Counted from the first letter of the stretch, positions 1 to 8,439 are shown. The stretch is 64,000 nucleotides of DNA from an uncultured Gemmatimonadales bacterium (GCA_963851265.1 CAWKNZ010000006.1:1-64000), one strand, 5' to 3'. Made by a program: numbers and translations. Notes: generated by a model from the letters alone, not told the origin.

Positions 1-29
1 CATCGTTCGGCGGCGCGGTGCGCCCGGCC

Positions 30-329
30 TCACCGGCCCGCGTCACGCGTCCGCTCCGTCAGCACGGCCGTGGTGAACCGCTGGCCCTCCGCGACCTGGT
101 CGACGACGTGCCCGACGGCGGCGACCTGCTCCTCCAGGACGGCGACCCGTGCCGCGAGCGCGGTCACCTCGGCGGCGCCGGCCGCCCGCCGCTCCTGCGC
201 GCGGACGAACCGTAGCGCCAGGTAAAGGAGCGCCGCGGGCAGCGGCAGGTAGATCAGGGCCCCCGCGGCGAGCGACAGCAGCATGGGCACGAGCTCGGGC
301 TGCATAAACGATTGCGCGTCGGCCTGCAT
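30..329 (-). CDS. Integron cassette gene: small membrane protein with C-terminal coiled coil
   Basis: Hydrophobic segment then LEEQVAAVGHVVDQVAEGQRFTTAVL; lies between the attC at 379-495 and an R'' box (GCCGAAC on minus, 5-11) whose attC runs out of the window. Confidence 0.7.
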   Translation of the reverse strand: MQADAQSFMQPELVPMLLSLAAGALIYLPLPAALLYLALRFVRAQERRAAGAAEVTALAARVAVLEEQVAAVGHVVDQVAEGQRFTTAVLTERTRDAGR

Positions 330-378
330 CGTGGCTGCGAGGTTATGAATGTCTGCCGTGCGTGGATCCCGGTAAGCC

Positions 379-495
379 GCCGAACGCCCAAGTTCTGCTG
401 CAAGTTATCCAAGCGCGACGGCGGTGGCGGGCGCCGGCGTGCGCGGAGGAGTGGGGCATCCCTGCACACTTGGCAGCAGCAACGCTCCGTTAGGT
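379..495 (-). other. attC site
   Basis: Minus strand: R'' ACCTAAC, 5 nt, L'' GTTGCTGC (extra G) ... L' GCAGAAC, 6 nt, R' GTTCGGC; stop codon of 490-900 lies inside R''. Confidence 0.92.
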
Positions 496-900
496 GGCGG
501 CGCGCTGCCCGGTGCGCGGCGGCACGCGCGCGCCGAGCTTGCGACGGAGCAGTAGCGCGTTCACCAGCGACGTCCCTGCGACCAGCGCCGAAATCGCGAG
601 CGCGAACCGCCATGTCGGGGTCCACGCTAACGGCCGCGTGACAAGGACCGCGCGTACTACTTCGGTCAGGAGACCGAGCAGGAGCACGACCCACGCGGCG
701 ACGAGTCCGGCCGCGGTCGCCGCTCCCGGCCGGCTACCACGCCGCGTGACAGTGGTCGAGGCATACACGGCCGCCGCGAGCCAGAACACGGCCGGCGGCG
801 CGTGATCGCCCTGCGGAACCACGAACATCGTGAGCACCAGGGCGGGGCCAGCCCAGGCGAGCCTGCCCAGCAGCCAGCGTGTGAACTCCGAGACGCTCAT
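490..900 (-). CDS. Integron cassette gene: hypothetical membrane protein (about 4 TM helices)
   Basis: ORF fills the space between two attC sites; hydrophobic segments; TAA inside R''. Confidence 0.75.
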   Translation of the reverse strand: MSVSEFTRWLLGRLAWAGPALVLTMFVVPQGDHAPPAVFWLAAAVYASTTVTRRGSRPGAATAAGLVAAWVVLLLGLLTEVVRAVLVTRPLAWTPTWRFALAISALVAGTSLVNALLLRRKLGARVPPRTGQRAAT

Positions 901-924
901 GGTGCCTCATGGTTGGACGTAGCC

Positions 925-1021
925 ACCTAACGCCCAAGCTCAGTTGCAAAGCCGCAGGGCTGGAGCCCGGCCCCGCGGCGGAGCGGTGCGCGGCTTTGAC
1001 AACTGCAGCGCCTCGTTAGGC
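925..1021 (-). other. attC site
   Basis: Minus strand GCCTAAC-gaggc-GCTGCAGTTGTCAAAGCCGC ... GCGGCTTTGCAACTGAGC-ttgggc-GTTAGGT, imperfect palindrome with extrahelical bases. Confidence 0.92.
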
Positions 1022-1025
1022 GCTG

Positions 1026-1292
1026 CTACGCCGCCGCCCGCCCGGCTTGCCGGCGCGCCACGTCCGCCAGCGCGCGCAACGCCGCGTTGACGGACTCGGC
1101 CGTGGGGTAGACCGCTGCCACATCCGGGTCGAGGACGACCACGTTCGTACCCTCGGCGTAGCGGGCCGCGTACTTGCCCCGCTCCGCGCCACGAAAGTCG
1201 TACTCGGGCAGGATCTCGTCCGCGTCCACGTCCGCCGGGTCCACCCCGGCCGGGTCGGCCGGGTCCGGGCGCTCAGAAGGTGCCGTGCTCAT
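1026..1292 (-). CDS. brnA: BrnA-like antitoxin
   Basis: EILPEYDFRGAERGKYAARY...NVVVLDPDVAAVYPTAESVNAALRAL; overlaps the 3' end of brnT. Confidence 0.75.
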   Translation of the reverse strand: MSTAPSERPDPADPAGVDPADVDADEILPEYDFRGAERGKYAARYAEGTNVVVLDPDVAAVYPTAESVNAALRALADVARRQAGRAAA

Positions 1293-1557
1293 AGGTGCCC
1301 CGCTCGCGGCGGGTGGCTTCGCGTGCGCTGATGAGCCGGGTGCGCGGGCCGCGCTCCGTGTAGAACACGGCGAGCAGCCGGCCCCGGGCGGACCGCCCCA
1401 AGATGGCGAAGCGCGCCTCGCCGTGCGAGTGCCGCGGGTCGGGGCGGCTGAACGAGAGCGGGTCGGCGAACACGGTGCTCGCCTCCTCGAAGGCGACGCC
1501 GTGCTTGGCCGCGTTCGCGGCCGCCTTGTCCAAGTCCAATTCGAACTCGAGCGCCAT
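1273..1557 (-). CDS. brnT: BrnT family ribonuclease toxin
   Basis: KAAANAAKHGVAFEEA...DPRHSHGEARF...RLISAREATRRER. Confidence 0.88.
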   Translation of the reverse strand: MALEFELDLDKAAANAAKHGVAFEEASTVFADPLSFSRPDPRHSHGEARFAILGRSARGRLLAVFYTERGPRTRLISAREATRRERGTYEHGTF

Positions 1558-1562
1558 GCCCC

Positions 1563-1568
1563 AAGATA
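1563..1568 (-). promoter_or_regulatory. Probable -10 element (TATCTT) of a leaderless brnTA promoter
   Basis: TATCTT lies 5 nt before the brnT ATG; no Shine-Dalgarno sequence. Confidence 0.45.
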
Positions 1569-1591
1569 GCCGAACGCGCAAACCGTGGAGC

Positions 1592-1708
1592 GCCTAACGC
1601 CCCAGTTCTGCTGCAAGCTTTCAGAGAACGACGGCGGTGGCGGACGAGGAAGCACGCGGAGGAGCGAAGCATCCCGGCGCACTTGGCAGCAGCAACGTCA
1701 CGTTAGGC
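1592..1708 (-). other. attC site (same 117-bp family as 379-495)
   Basis: GCCTAAC-gtgac-GTTGCTGCTGCCAAG ... CTTGCAGCAGAAC-tggggc-GTTAGGC on minus. Confidence 0.92.
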
Positions 1709-2219
1709 GCCTCCGTCCCTGCGGCCCGGCCCCGCCGCGGCACGGTGCCCCACGCGGCGATGGTCGCCGCCGCGCGCCCGCCCGCACGCCGCGGCCGGGC
1801 GCCGCCCCGGCCCGGACCCACAACATGCGCCGGGGCGGCGCGGCGCGCCACCGGCCGCCCGCGCACCGGCCGGACGCCGCCAGCACCCGGCCGCCCGGGC
1901 TCCGGCGCGACCGCCCCACCGCTGGCCGCCGCTACGGTCCCACGGATGCCGCCGCGCTCCCGGCCCTGCCCGCCCGCGCTCCCGGCCCTGCCCGCCCGCG
2001 CCGCCGAGCGCGCGGACGCTCGCGCCGCGACGGCTGCCCGCGCGCCCGGCGCGGGGGCGCCGTCCGGGCTTGAACCCGCGACCGCGCCCGGACGGCGCCG
2101 GCGCGACCACGACCGCTCACCCGCCGGCTGCCCGGCAACAGCGCTCGCCGAGCACGCCGACCATTGCTGCCGCCCCCCAAACGCGCCCAGTCCTGGCCGT
2201 AGCAACGGCGCGTCTTGGC
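1709..2219 (-). other. Apparently ORF-less integron cassette
   Basis: Bounded by attC sites; only low-complexity frames; 22-bp tandem repeat (1952-2001) and 14-bp perfect stem (2056-2069/2086-2099). Confidence 0.6.
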
Positions 2220-2324
2220 GCCTAACGCCTCAAGTTCACCTGCAAAGCGGCCGCAGCACGAGGACCGGACCGGTGTCGAAGGATGTCTTGCGCCGCTCTT
2301 GTCAGGTGCAACGCATCGTTCGGC
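2220..2324 (-). other. attC site
   Basis: Minus strand GCCGAAC-gatgc-GTTGCACCTG ... CAGGTGAAC-ttgaggc-GTTAGGC. Confidence 0.88.
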
Positions 2325-2358
2325 AGCAGGTGCGCGGTCGCCAGCTTCGCCGGGCGTG

Positions 2359-2676
2359 TCACGAGTCCGAGCTAGCCGCCGGCAGCGCGCCGTGGCGCTG
2401 CACGGCCGCCCGCCTCCTGCTCGCACCGCCCCCCATCCGGCGGCATGGTTCGAGAACGGGTGCCGGCCGTGGCGCGAGCAGGCCGGCCAGGTCGTATCGA
2501 CGTACGTGCCGGGGAACGCCGGCATGCACGTCCTCGACGAGCTCCTCCGCGTCGCCGGCGCCGTAGGTGGCCAGGTGCGCCGCCGCGTCCGCGACGAGGA
2601 AGCGGTATCCGACGCCGATAGTGCGGACCACATGGGCCGCAAGGAGCTGCGCCGCATGAACGAGCGCGTCAGCCAT
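2359..2676 (-). pseudogene. First cassette gene, hypothetical, probably frameshifted
   Basis: Protein-like N-terminus (MADALVHAAQLL...EELVEDV) continues plausibly in another frame (TYVDTTWPACSRHGRHP) near 2510-2525. Confidence 0.4.
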
Positions 2677-2745
2677 GGGAAGTGCATGGGGCGGCGCCGT
2701 CGTGGGTACGTGCGGCTCGAAGCGGAATCGAGGTCACGTGTTGCT

Positions 2746-2764
2746 GCCGAACGCCGATTAGACG
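2746..2764 (-). other. Putative attI site
   Basis: Minus strand CGTCTAA-TCGGC-GTTCGGC; core is the exact complement of the first cassette's R'' (GCCGAAC) and no attC hairpin precedes it. Confidence 0.6.
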
Positions 2765-2950
2765 GGTCGGTGTAGCGCCGCCGACGCGGCGCGCCGGTCT
2801 GTCTATCGTGCGTGCGCGCGAGTGTAACGTGCGCGCCGCCACCCGACCAGCCGCGGCGGAAGGCGCGCTCCAACGTGCACTTGCCGCCGTTGGGTCGCCT
2901 CGTGTCGCTCGGTGATATACGGACCCGCCGATCACGCGGTGACACGCCGG

Positions 2951-3160
2951 TTACACACCCGTCGTCGATGCGGAGCGTGCACCCGGTCCGCCACGAATCG
3001 GCACGTCGATTGGGCTGATCACCCCACGCCCGCCCCGGTTGAGCACATGGGTATAGATCATCGTCGTGCGCACGTCCGTGTGGCCGAGCAGCTCCTGCAC
3101 AGTCCGGATGTCATAGCCCGCCTCCAGCAGGTGCGTGGCGAAGCTGTGCCGGAACGTGTG
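2951..3160 (-). pseudogene. intI: Integron integrase, 3' fragment
   Basis: [44 protein letters not shown], tyrosine recombinase box II with catalytic Tyr. Confidence 0.95.
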
Positions 3161-5255
3161 CACGTTCCGAACGCAATCGAGACGGTGCGCTTCGTGGTCG
3201 TGCTGGCCGCGCCGGGCGTGCAATGTCCGCGGCGCCGGCCACGCACGGGCGTCGGGTTCAGGTAGTGCCGCGAGGGCCGGACAGCCACGTCGCCGCGGTG
3301 GTTCTGTTGGGGCAACTCTCACCCGAGGGGGCGCCCCATGCCCGCCCGTCCGCGTCCGCCGGCCGTGCCCGCCTGGACGATCCGCTCCGTGGCCGTCCGC
3401 ACGCGCGACGGGCCCGAGCGCCTCGCGCAGGTCTACCGCCGGCTCGTCCGTGACGCACTGCCCGACGTGCCTAACGCTTCGGACACCGCCGTGCCCGCAC
3501 GGCGCGGCGTCGCCGTCGACCCACCGCCCGCCTCACCTTCTAGGAGGAGCCGTTCCCATGCGTGCCGCGATTTACGCCCGCGTCTCGACCGACCGCCAGG
3601 AGCGCACCCAGACCATGGACAGTCAGCTCACGGCCCTGCGCGCGTGGGCGGCGACGGCGGCCCATGAGCTGCCCGAGGCACACGTGTTCTGCGACGCCGG
3701 GTTCAGCGGCACCCGCCTCGATCGGCCCGCACTCGACGCCCTGCGCGACGCGATCCGTGACGGCGCCCTCGACGTCGTCGCCGTGCTGACACCCGACCGG
3801 CTCGCGCGAAAGTACGCCTACCAGGTGCTCCTGCTCGAGGAGTTCCGCCGGGCCGGCTGCGACGTCGTCTTCCTTCAGCACCCGATCTCGGACGACCCGA
3901 ACGACCAGCTCCTCCTCCAGATCCAGGGCGCCATCGCCGAGTACGAGCGCACGGTGCTCGCCGAGCGCTTCCGGCGCGGCAAGCTGCAGAAGGCGCGCGA
4001 CGGCCAGTTCATCGCGGGCAAGCCGCCGTACGGCTACCGCTACGTCCGCCGGCAGGACGCCGTGCCCGGCCACCTGGTCGTCGACGAGGCCGAGGCGGAG
4101 ATGGTGCGCGCCGTGTACACGTGGCTCACCGACGAGCAGATGACGGTCCGACAGATCGTCAAGCGGCTCAACGCGGGCCCGTGGCGCCCGCGCACCACGC
4201 GGGGGCGGTGGTGGTCGTCGACCGTGCACCACATCGTCGCCGACGCGGTCTACACCGGGACCGCCTACGTGAACCGGTACGCGGTCGCGCCCGCGACCGG
4301 CACCGCGCCGGGCGCCACGCCCGGCCCTGCCGCGACGGCGCGCCGCCGTCAGCGAGGCGGCGTGCGCGTCGTCCAGCGCCCCCGCGAGCAGTGGATCGGC
4401 GTCCCGGTGCCGGCGCTCATCGACGAGGCCACCGCGGAGCGGGCCCGGGCCCAGCTCGCGCGGAACGCCCAGCTCTCGTGGCGGCACAATACGAAGCACG
4501 CCTACCTGCTGCGCTGCCTGCTCAAGTGCCAGCACTGTGGCCTGGCGATGTTCGGGGGCACGACCCCCGCCCGCGGCACGACGCCCGCGCGGCGCCTCTA
4601 CATGTGTCACGGGAAGGACTACACGATGAGCGCCCGGGCCACACGGTGCCCGAGTCGACTCGTCCACGCCGACGCGCTCGAGGCGACGGTGTGGGCGCAC
4701 GTCGTCGCGCTCCTCGGGGACCCCGCACAGCTGCGCGCGCAGTTCGAGCAGTACGTCGCCGCGGCGCAGGAGGGGCCGGCGCACCTCCAGGCCATCGACC
4801 GGCAGCTCCGGACGCGCCACGAGCGCCTCACGCAGGCGGACACGCGCCTCGTCGATGCCTACCAAGCGGGGGCCCTCACGCTCGCGGAGCTCACCGCGCG
4901 GCGGACGGCGATCGCCGACCAGCGTCGCGCGCTCGACGAGCAGCAGGTCGCCCGCGGCCGGGCCGCCGAGCAGCAGGCGCGGGCGGCGCACGTCTTGACG
5001 AGTCTGACCGCCTTCGCGGCACGGGTCGGGACGCGGCTGGCGGAGGCGTCCTTCGCCGAGCGGCAGGCCATCTTGCAACTGGTCATCGAGCGCATCATCG
5101 TCGGCGAAGACACGCTGGAGATCCACCATGTCATCCCCTTGCGCGCGCCGCCGCCGGCGAGCGCCCCGCCGCCGAGCGACCAGCCCCCAGTCTCCGCGCC
5201 GTCACGCGGCCCGGTGCCCGATGCCCCGCCACCGCGATTGCGTTCGGAACGTGTG
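3161..5255 (+). mobile_element. 2,095-bp large serine recombinase element inserted in intI
   Basis: 11-bp direct repeat CGGAACGTGTG (3150-3160, 5245-5255); perfect 19-bp inverted repeat (3161-3179, 5235-5253); removal restores the intI frame. Confidence 0.92.
3338..3667 (+). CDS. Small hypothetical ORF overlapping the recombinase start
   Basis: GAGGGGG upstream of [27 protein letters not shown]; only other candidate gene in the element. Confidence 0.45.
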   Translation: MPARPRPPAVPAWTIRSVAVRTRDGPERLAQVYRRLVRDALPDVPNASDTAVPARRGVAVDPPPASPSRRSRSHACRDLRPRLDRPPGAHPDHGQSAHGPARVGGDGGP

Positions 5256-6230
5256 GCAGGTCACGCGCTTCGTCAGGCCCGCCCGGACGGCCGCGTCGCG
5301 CACCGCGCGCTGGACCGCCGTCTCGTGCAGATGGTGCCGCGAAGGAGCACCGGTCGCCGGATGGCGATACCGGCTCGTGGCCGGGAACACCCACTGCCAG
5401 GCCCAGGACGCGGCCGCCCCGGGGAGCTTCCGGGCCAGCGCGCCCGGCATCGCGACCCGCCCCCCGCCGTCGGCGAGGTCCCGCGTATGCAGCGCGCGGA
5501 CCCGGGCGAGATGCGACGGGAGAACCTCGGCCGCGACGGCCGGCAGGACGGTGACGCGATCCTTGCCACCCTTCCCCGCCCGCACGAGCAGCTCGCCGCG
5601 CGCGAGATCGAGGTCCTTCACCCGCAGCTGCAGGGCTTCCATGAGCCGGAGCCCGGCCCCATACAGCAGCTGAGCGACGAGCAGGTACGGTCCCCGCGCC
5701 ACCCCGAGCCGGGCGAGCACGGCGTCGACTTCGGGGCGCGTGAGCACGGTGGGCAGCCGGGGCGGGCGCTTCGCGCGCGTGACGCCCTCGAGCCCCGGCA
5801 GGGGTGCCTCGAGGACGAGGCGGTAGAGGAACACCAGGGCCGCCCGGGCCTGATTCTGCGTGGACGCGCTCACGCGGTGGCGCGTGGCGAGGTCGGACAG
5901 GAATGCCTCGACCGCCGCGACGTCGAGCGCGGCCGGATGGCGGTCCCCGTGGTAGTGGACAAACCGCCGCACCCAGCCGACGTACGCGGCCTCGGTGCGC
6001 GGGCTGTAGTGCCGCACCCGGATGGCGGCGCGGAGTCGCGGGAGCAGGCGTGGCACCGCGGCGGCCGGCGTCACGGCGCCCCGCACGTGGGTAGGCTGAC
6101 ACGGATCGGCACGGGGCGTCGCGGGCGGATCGCTCGAAGTCGGGGACACGGGTCTGAGCGTACCCGACGGCGCGCCGGCGCCCTGCATCGATGCGTCGCG
6201 CGGTGGGCTGGCACATCGCATCGGCGGTGA
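3558..6230 (+). CDS. Large serine recombinase (resolvase, recombinase, Zn-ribbon, coiled coil); no stop inside the element, reads through antisense to intI
   Basis: AGGAGG RBS at 3542-3547; [11 protein letters not shown] (catalytic Ser), DRLAR, PPYGY, LKCQHCG...YMC...C; homologous part ends near 5140. Confidence 0.93.
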   Translation: MRAAIYARVSTDRQERTQTMDSQLTALRAWAATAAHELPEAHVFCDAGFSGTRLDRPALDALRDAIRDGALDVVAVLTPDRLARKYAYQVLLLEEFRRAGCDVVFLQHPISDDPNDQLLLQIQGAIAEYERTVLAERFRRGKLQKARDGQFIAGKPPYGYRYVRRQDAVPGHLVVDEAEAEMVRAVYTWLTDEQMTVRQIVKRLNAGPWRPRTTRGRWWSSTVHHIVADAVYTGTAYVNRYAVAPATGTAPGATPGPAATARRRQRGGVRVVQRPREQWIGVPVPALIDEATAERARAQLARNAQLSWRHNTKHAYLLRCLLKCQHCGLAMFGGTTPARGTTPARRLYMCHGKDYTMSARATRCPSRLVHADALEATVWAHVVALLGDPAQLRAQFEQYVAAAQEGPAHLQAIDRQLRTRHERLTQADTRLVDAYQAGALTLAELTARRTAIADQRRALDEQQVARGRAAEQQARAAHVLTSLTAFAARVGTRLAEASFAERQAILQLVIERIIVGEDTLEIHHVIPLRAPPPASAPPPSDQPPVSAPSRGPVPDAPPPRLRSERVAGHALRQARPDGRVAHRALDRRLVQMVPRRSTGRRMAIPARGREHPLPGPGRGRPGELPGQRARHRDPPPAVGEVPRMQRADPGEMRRENLGRDGRQDGDAILATLPRPHEQLAAREIEVLHPQLQGFHEPEPGPIQQLSDEQVRSPRHPEPGEHGVDFGAREHGGQPGRALRARDALEPRQGCLEDEAVEEHQGRPGLILRGRAHAVARGEVGQECLDRRDVERGRMAVPVVVDKPPHPADVRGLGARAVVPHPDGGAESREQAWHRGGRRHGAPHVGRLTRIGTGRRGRIARSRGHGSERTRRRAGALHRCVARWAGTSHRR
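5256..6149 (-). pseudogene. intI: Integron integrase, 5' fragment
   Basis: RHYSPRTEAAYVGWVRRF, SASTQNQARAAL, LLYGAGLRLME, KGGKDR, IntI-specific insert DLADGGGRVAMPGALARKLPGAAASWAWQWVFPA; GTG start inferred from TACGCT 7 nt upstream. Confidence 0.95.
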
Positions 6231-7067
6231 AGCCGACGGCCGCACCTCGATCCGACCGACCCCCCATCTGGAAAGCCATCCCCGGCCCGCCCGCCGGTCG
6301 ATAAACCCCATTATCGCCCGCGACACTGGGCGCGCGCATTGTTTATCCGGTAGCGTCGAATCGGCGGCGAACGATCGCGCTCGCGTTGCCCCCGCCCGCG
6401 ACGCTCGGCGCGCCGGGCCGCCCCGGGCCGCGTGCGCACCGCGCACTTGGAATCGTTGTGCGGTAGATCGAATGGTTCCCTTTGGTCGGGCGGGCGCACC
6501 CACGGGTGCAAGGCGACGCGCAGCTGGCGCGCACCGGGCCTCGCGCCGGCGCCGCGCGGCGGACACGTCTCGCATCCCGTCGGGGAAGGAGCGCCGGAGC
6601 CGTTGATGTCGGCCCTGCGCGTCGCGTCGGCGGCCGTCTGCGGACCGGTAGGCCGCCCGCACGAGTCCGCGTGCAACGCTCAGAAGCGACCATCTCCAGA
6701 GTCGCGCCTGCGGCGCGCCTATACAACGCGACGGCTGGAAACCCGGCGGCTGCCGGTGTGCGCAGTACAGCATGGGCGGCGCCGCAGCCGCGGTCGCGTA
6801 CCGCCCGCGCGACCGCCGCCACCGGTGCGCGGCCCCGACGGCGCAGGAAGTCGCTTGCGCAACTGGCCGTCGCGCGACAGCGTATCGCCGCCGCTCCCGT
6901 GCCGCGGCGCGCCCAGGCCGGCCGCCTGCCCTCGGTCGCGTCGGTGCCGCGTCACGCGCCGCTGACACCGGCGCGCACGCCGGTGGTCGTTCGTCCCCGG
7001 ATCCCGCAAACGTCCGCCGGACGCGTCGCGCGCCGAACGCCCAACACTCCCACGCCGGAGATCGCTC

Positions 7068-7829
7068 ATGCTGAGGAAGCGCCGGGCCGTCCTGTGGGCC
7101 CTCATCACCGTCATGTTCGCCGCACCCGTCGCGGCCCGGGCGCAGAGCTCGGACGACGAGGTGCTCAAGCGCGTCATCCGCGCCGAGACGGAGGCGTTCT
7201 ACGCCCGTAAGGCCGACGCGTGGCAGGCGACCTGGCTCCACGACGCGAGCGTGACGCGGACCCTCATCGCTAACGGGTCTTACACCGCCGTGCGCGGCTG
7301 GGACAGCTTCGGACCCGCGATCGTCCAGGGGCTCCGGCAGAACCCGACGCCGGTCGCCATCCAGCTGCAGTCGGACAACTATCTCATCCGCTCCGCCGGC
7401 ACCCTCGCGTGGGTCGAGTACGACCAGCGGATCGCCGCGCCGGGAGACTCCGTGCCGTACCTCTCGCACGAGCGGCGCGCGCTCGTGCGGCAGGACGGGC
7501 AGTGGAGGATCGCCTCGCAGGTTACCGAAGACGTCGGGAGCTTCGGGACGGGTTCGCAGGCGCTGGCGGCGGTCGAGACGTCAGTCAACACGGCGGGCTA
7601 TACCCTGCTCCGGGCCAAGAGGATGGCCGACGCGGTCGAGACGTTCAAGCTGAACGTGCGCCTGTTCCCGAAGTCCTGGAACGCCTACGACAGCCTCGGC
7701 GAGGCGTACGCCGCGGCCGGCGACAAGGCGCTGGCGGTCCAGAACTACGAGCAGTCGCTCGCCCTCAACCCGAACAACGCGAACGGGCGGAAGGCGCTCG
7801 CGCAGCTGCGCACCGCGGCCGTCCGGTGA
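7068..7829 (+). CDS. Secreted NTF2/SnoaL-like domain plus TPR protein
   Basis: Signal peptide; QDGQWRIASQ; FPKSWNAYDSLGEAY TPR motif. Confidence 0.8.
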   Translation: MLRKRRAVLWALITVMFAAPVAARAQSSDDEVLKRVIRAETEAFYARKADAWQATWLHDASVTRTLIANGSYTAVRGWDSFGPAIVQGLRQNPTPVAIQLQSDNYLIRSAGTLAWVEYDQRIAAPGDSVPYLSHERRALVRQDGQWRIASQVTEDVGSFGTGSQALAAVETSVNTAGYTLLRAKRMADAVETFKLNVRLFPKSWNAYDSLGEAYAAAGDKALAVQNYEQSLALNPNNANGRKALAQLRTAAVR

Positions 7830-7855
7830 GCGCGCGCCGTGTGGTGGTGAGACTT

Positions 7856-7950
7856 CTCCAACGCGAGCGTTTGCGCGACGGCCGTCTCTCCAGGCCCCGA
7901 CGAGCATCGAAACGTGGGACGGCCCAACGACGCAAGACCGGTCGTTAGAC
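7856..7950 (-). other. Solitary attC site upstream of intI
   Basis: Minus strand R'' GTCTAAC, 5 nt, L'' GTCTTGCG (extra C), extra T, GGCCGTC ... GACGGCC, L' CGCAAAC, 6 nt, R' GTTGGAG. Confidence 0.7.
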
Positions 7951-8439
7951 GAGTTCTGACGCGCAATGGCGCAGTGGCTCAGGACCCACCGCTACGGTTC
8001 GCCATGCGCGGGCGCACCGGCGATCACGGCACTTCCGCAACACGCACCGAGCCGGCCGTGTCGAGCGAGGTCGCGCGTCGCGACCCGTCATCAACAATGG
8101 CCTAACGCGCGAATGGGCATTCTGGGGTAGACAACGCGTGTAGTCGACAGGAGCTCGCGCGGCCGTTCCGCCCATATCGGGTGCACGTTTCGTTGTCCGA
8201 GACTGCGTTGCGGACGCCGCTCACCGCGGGCGCCTGCCCAGGGACCACTGGCCGAGGTCGCGTCGGTACGGTATGCTCGCCGCGCCCGAGATCGGCGTCG
8301 CTTCGCGCGTCCGACGACCGCCGACCGCCGACCGCCGGGCACTGCGCGCCGACCGCCGAACGCCGAACGCCGGGCACCGCGCACCGGCGACCGCCACCAC
8401 GGAACGGACGCCGCCCACCCGTTTCGCCACCGTGCATCC

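Noticed and set aside
379..1708. CRISPR array from the repeated 117-bp elements
   Set aside because: These are attC sites separated by gene-sized cassettes; no cas genes are present.
2060..2085. tRNA gene or fragment
   Set aside because: T-loop-like sequence is one base short and there is no D arm, anticodon arm or acceptor stem.
3135..6230. 1031-aa ORF as a true recombinase fusion protein
   Set aside because: The real start is 3558 ([13 protein letters not shown]) and the tail is the antisense frame of intI, not a domain.
6340..6392. Possible second attI upstream of intI
   Set aside because: AT-richer patch ending in GTTGCCC, but the core is non-consensus and no plus-strand attC follows.
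6755..6772. LexA box near intI
   Set aside because: CTGT half-site on minus lacks a matching ACAG at N8 and is far from the intI start.
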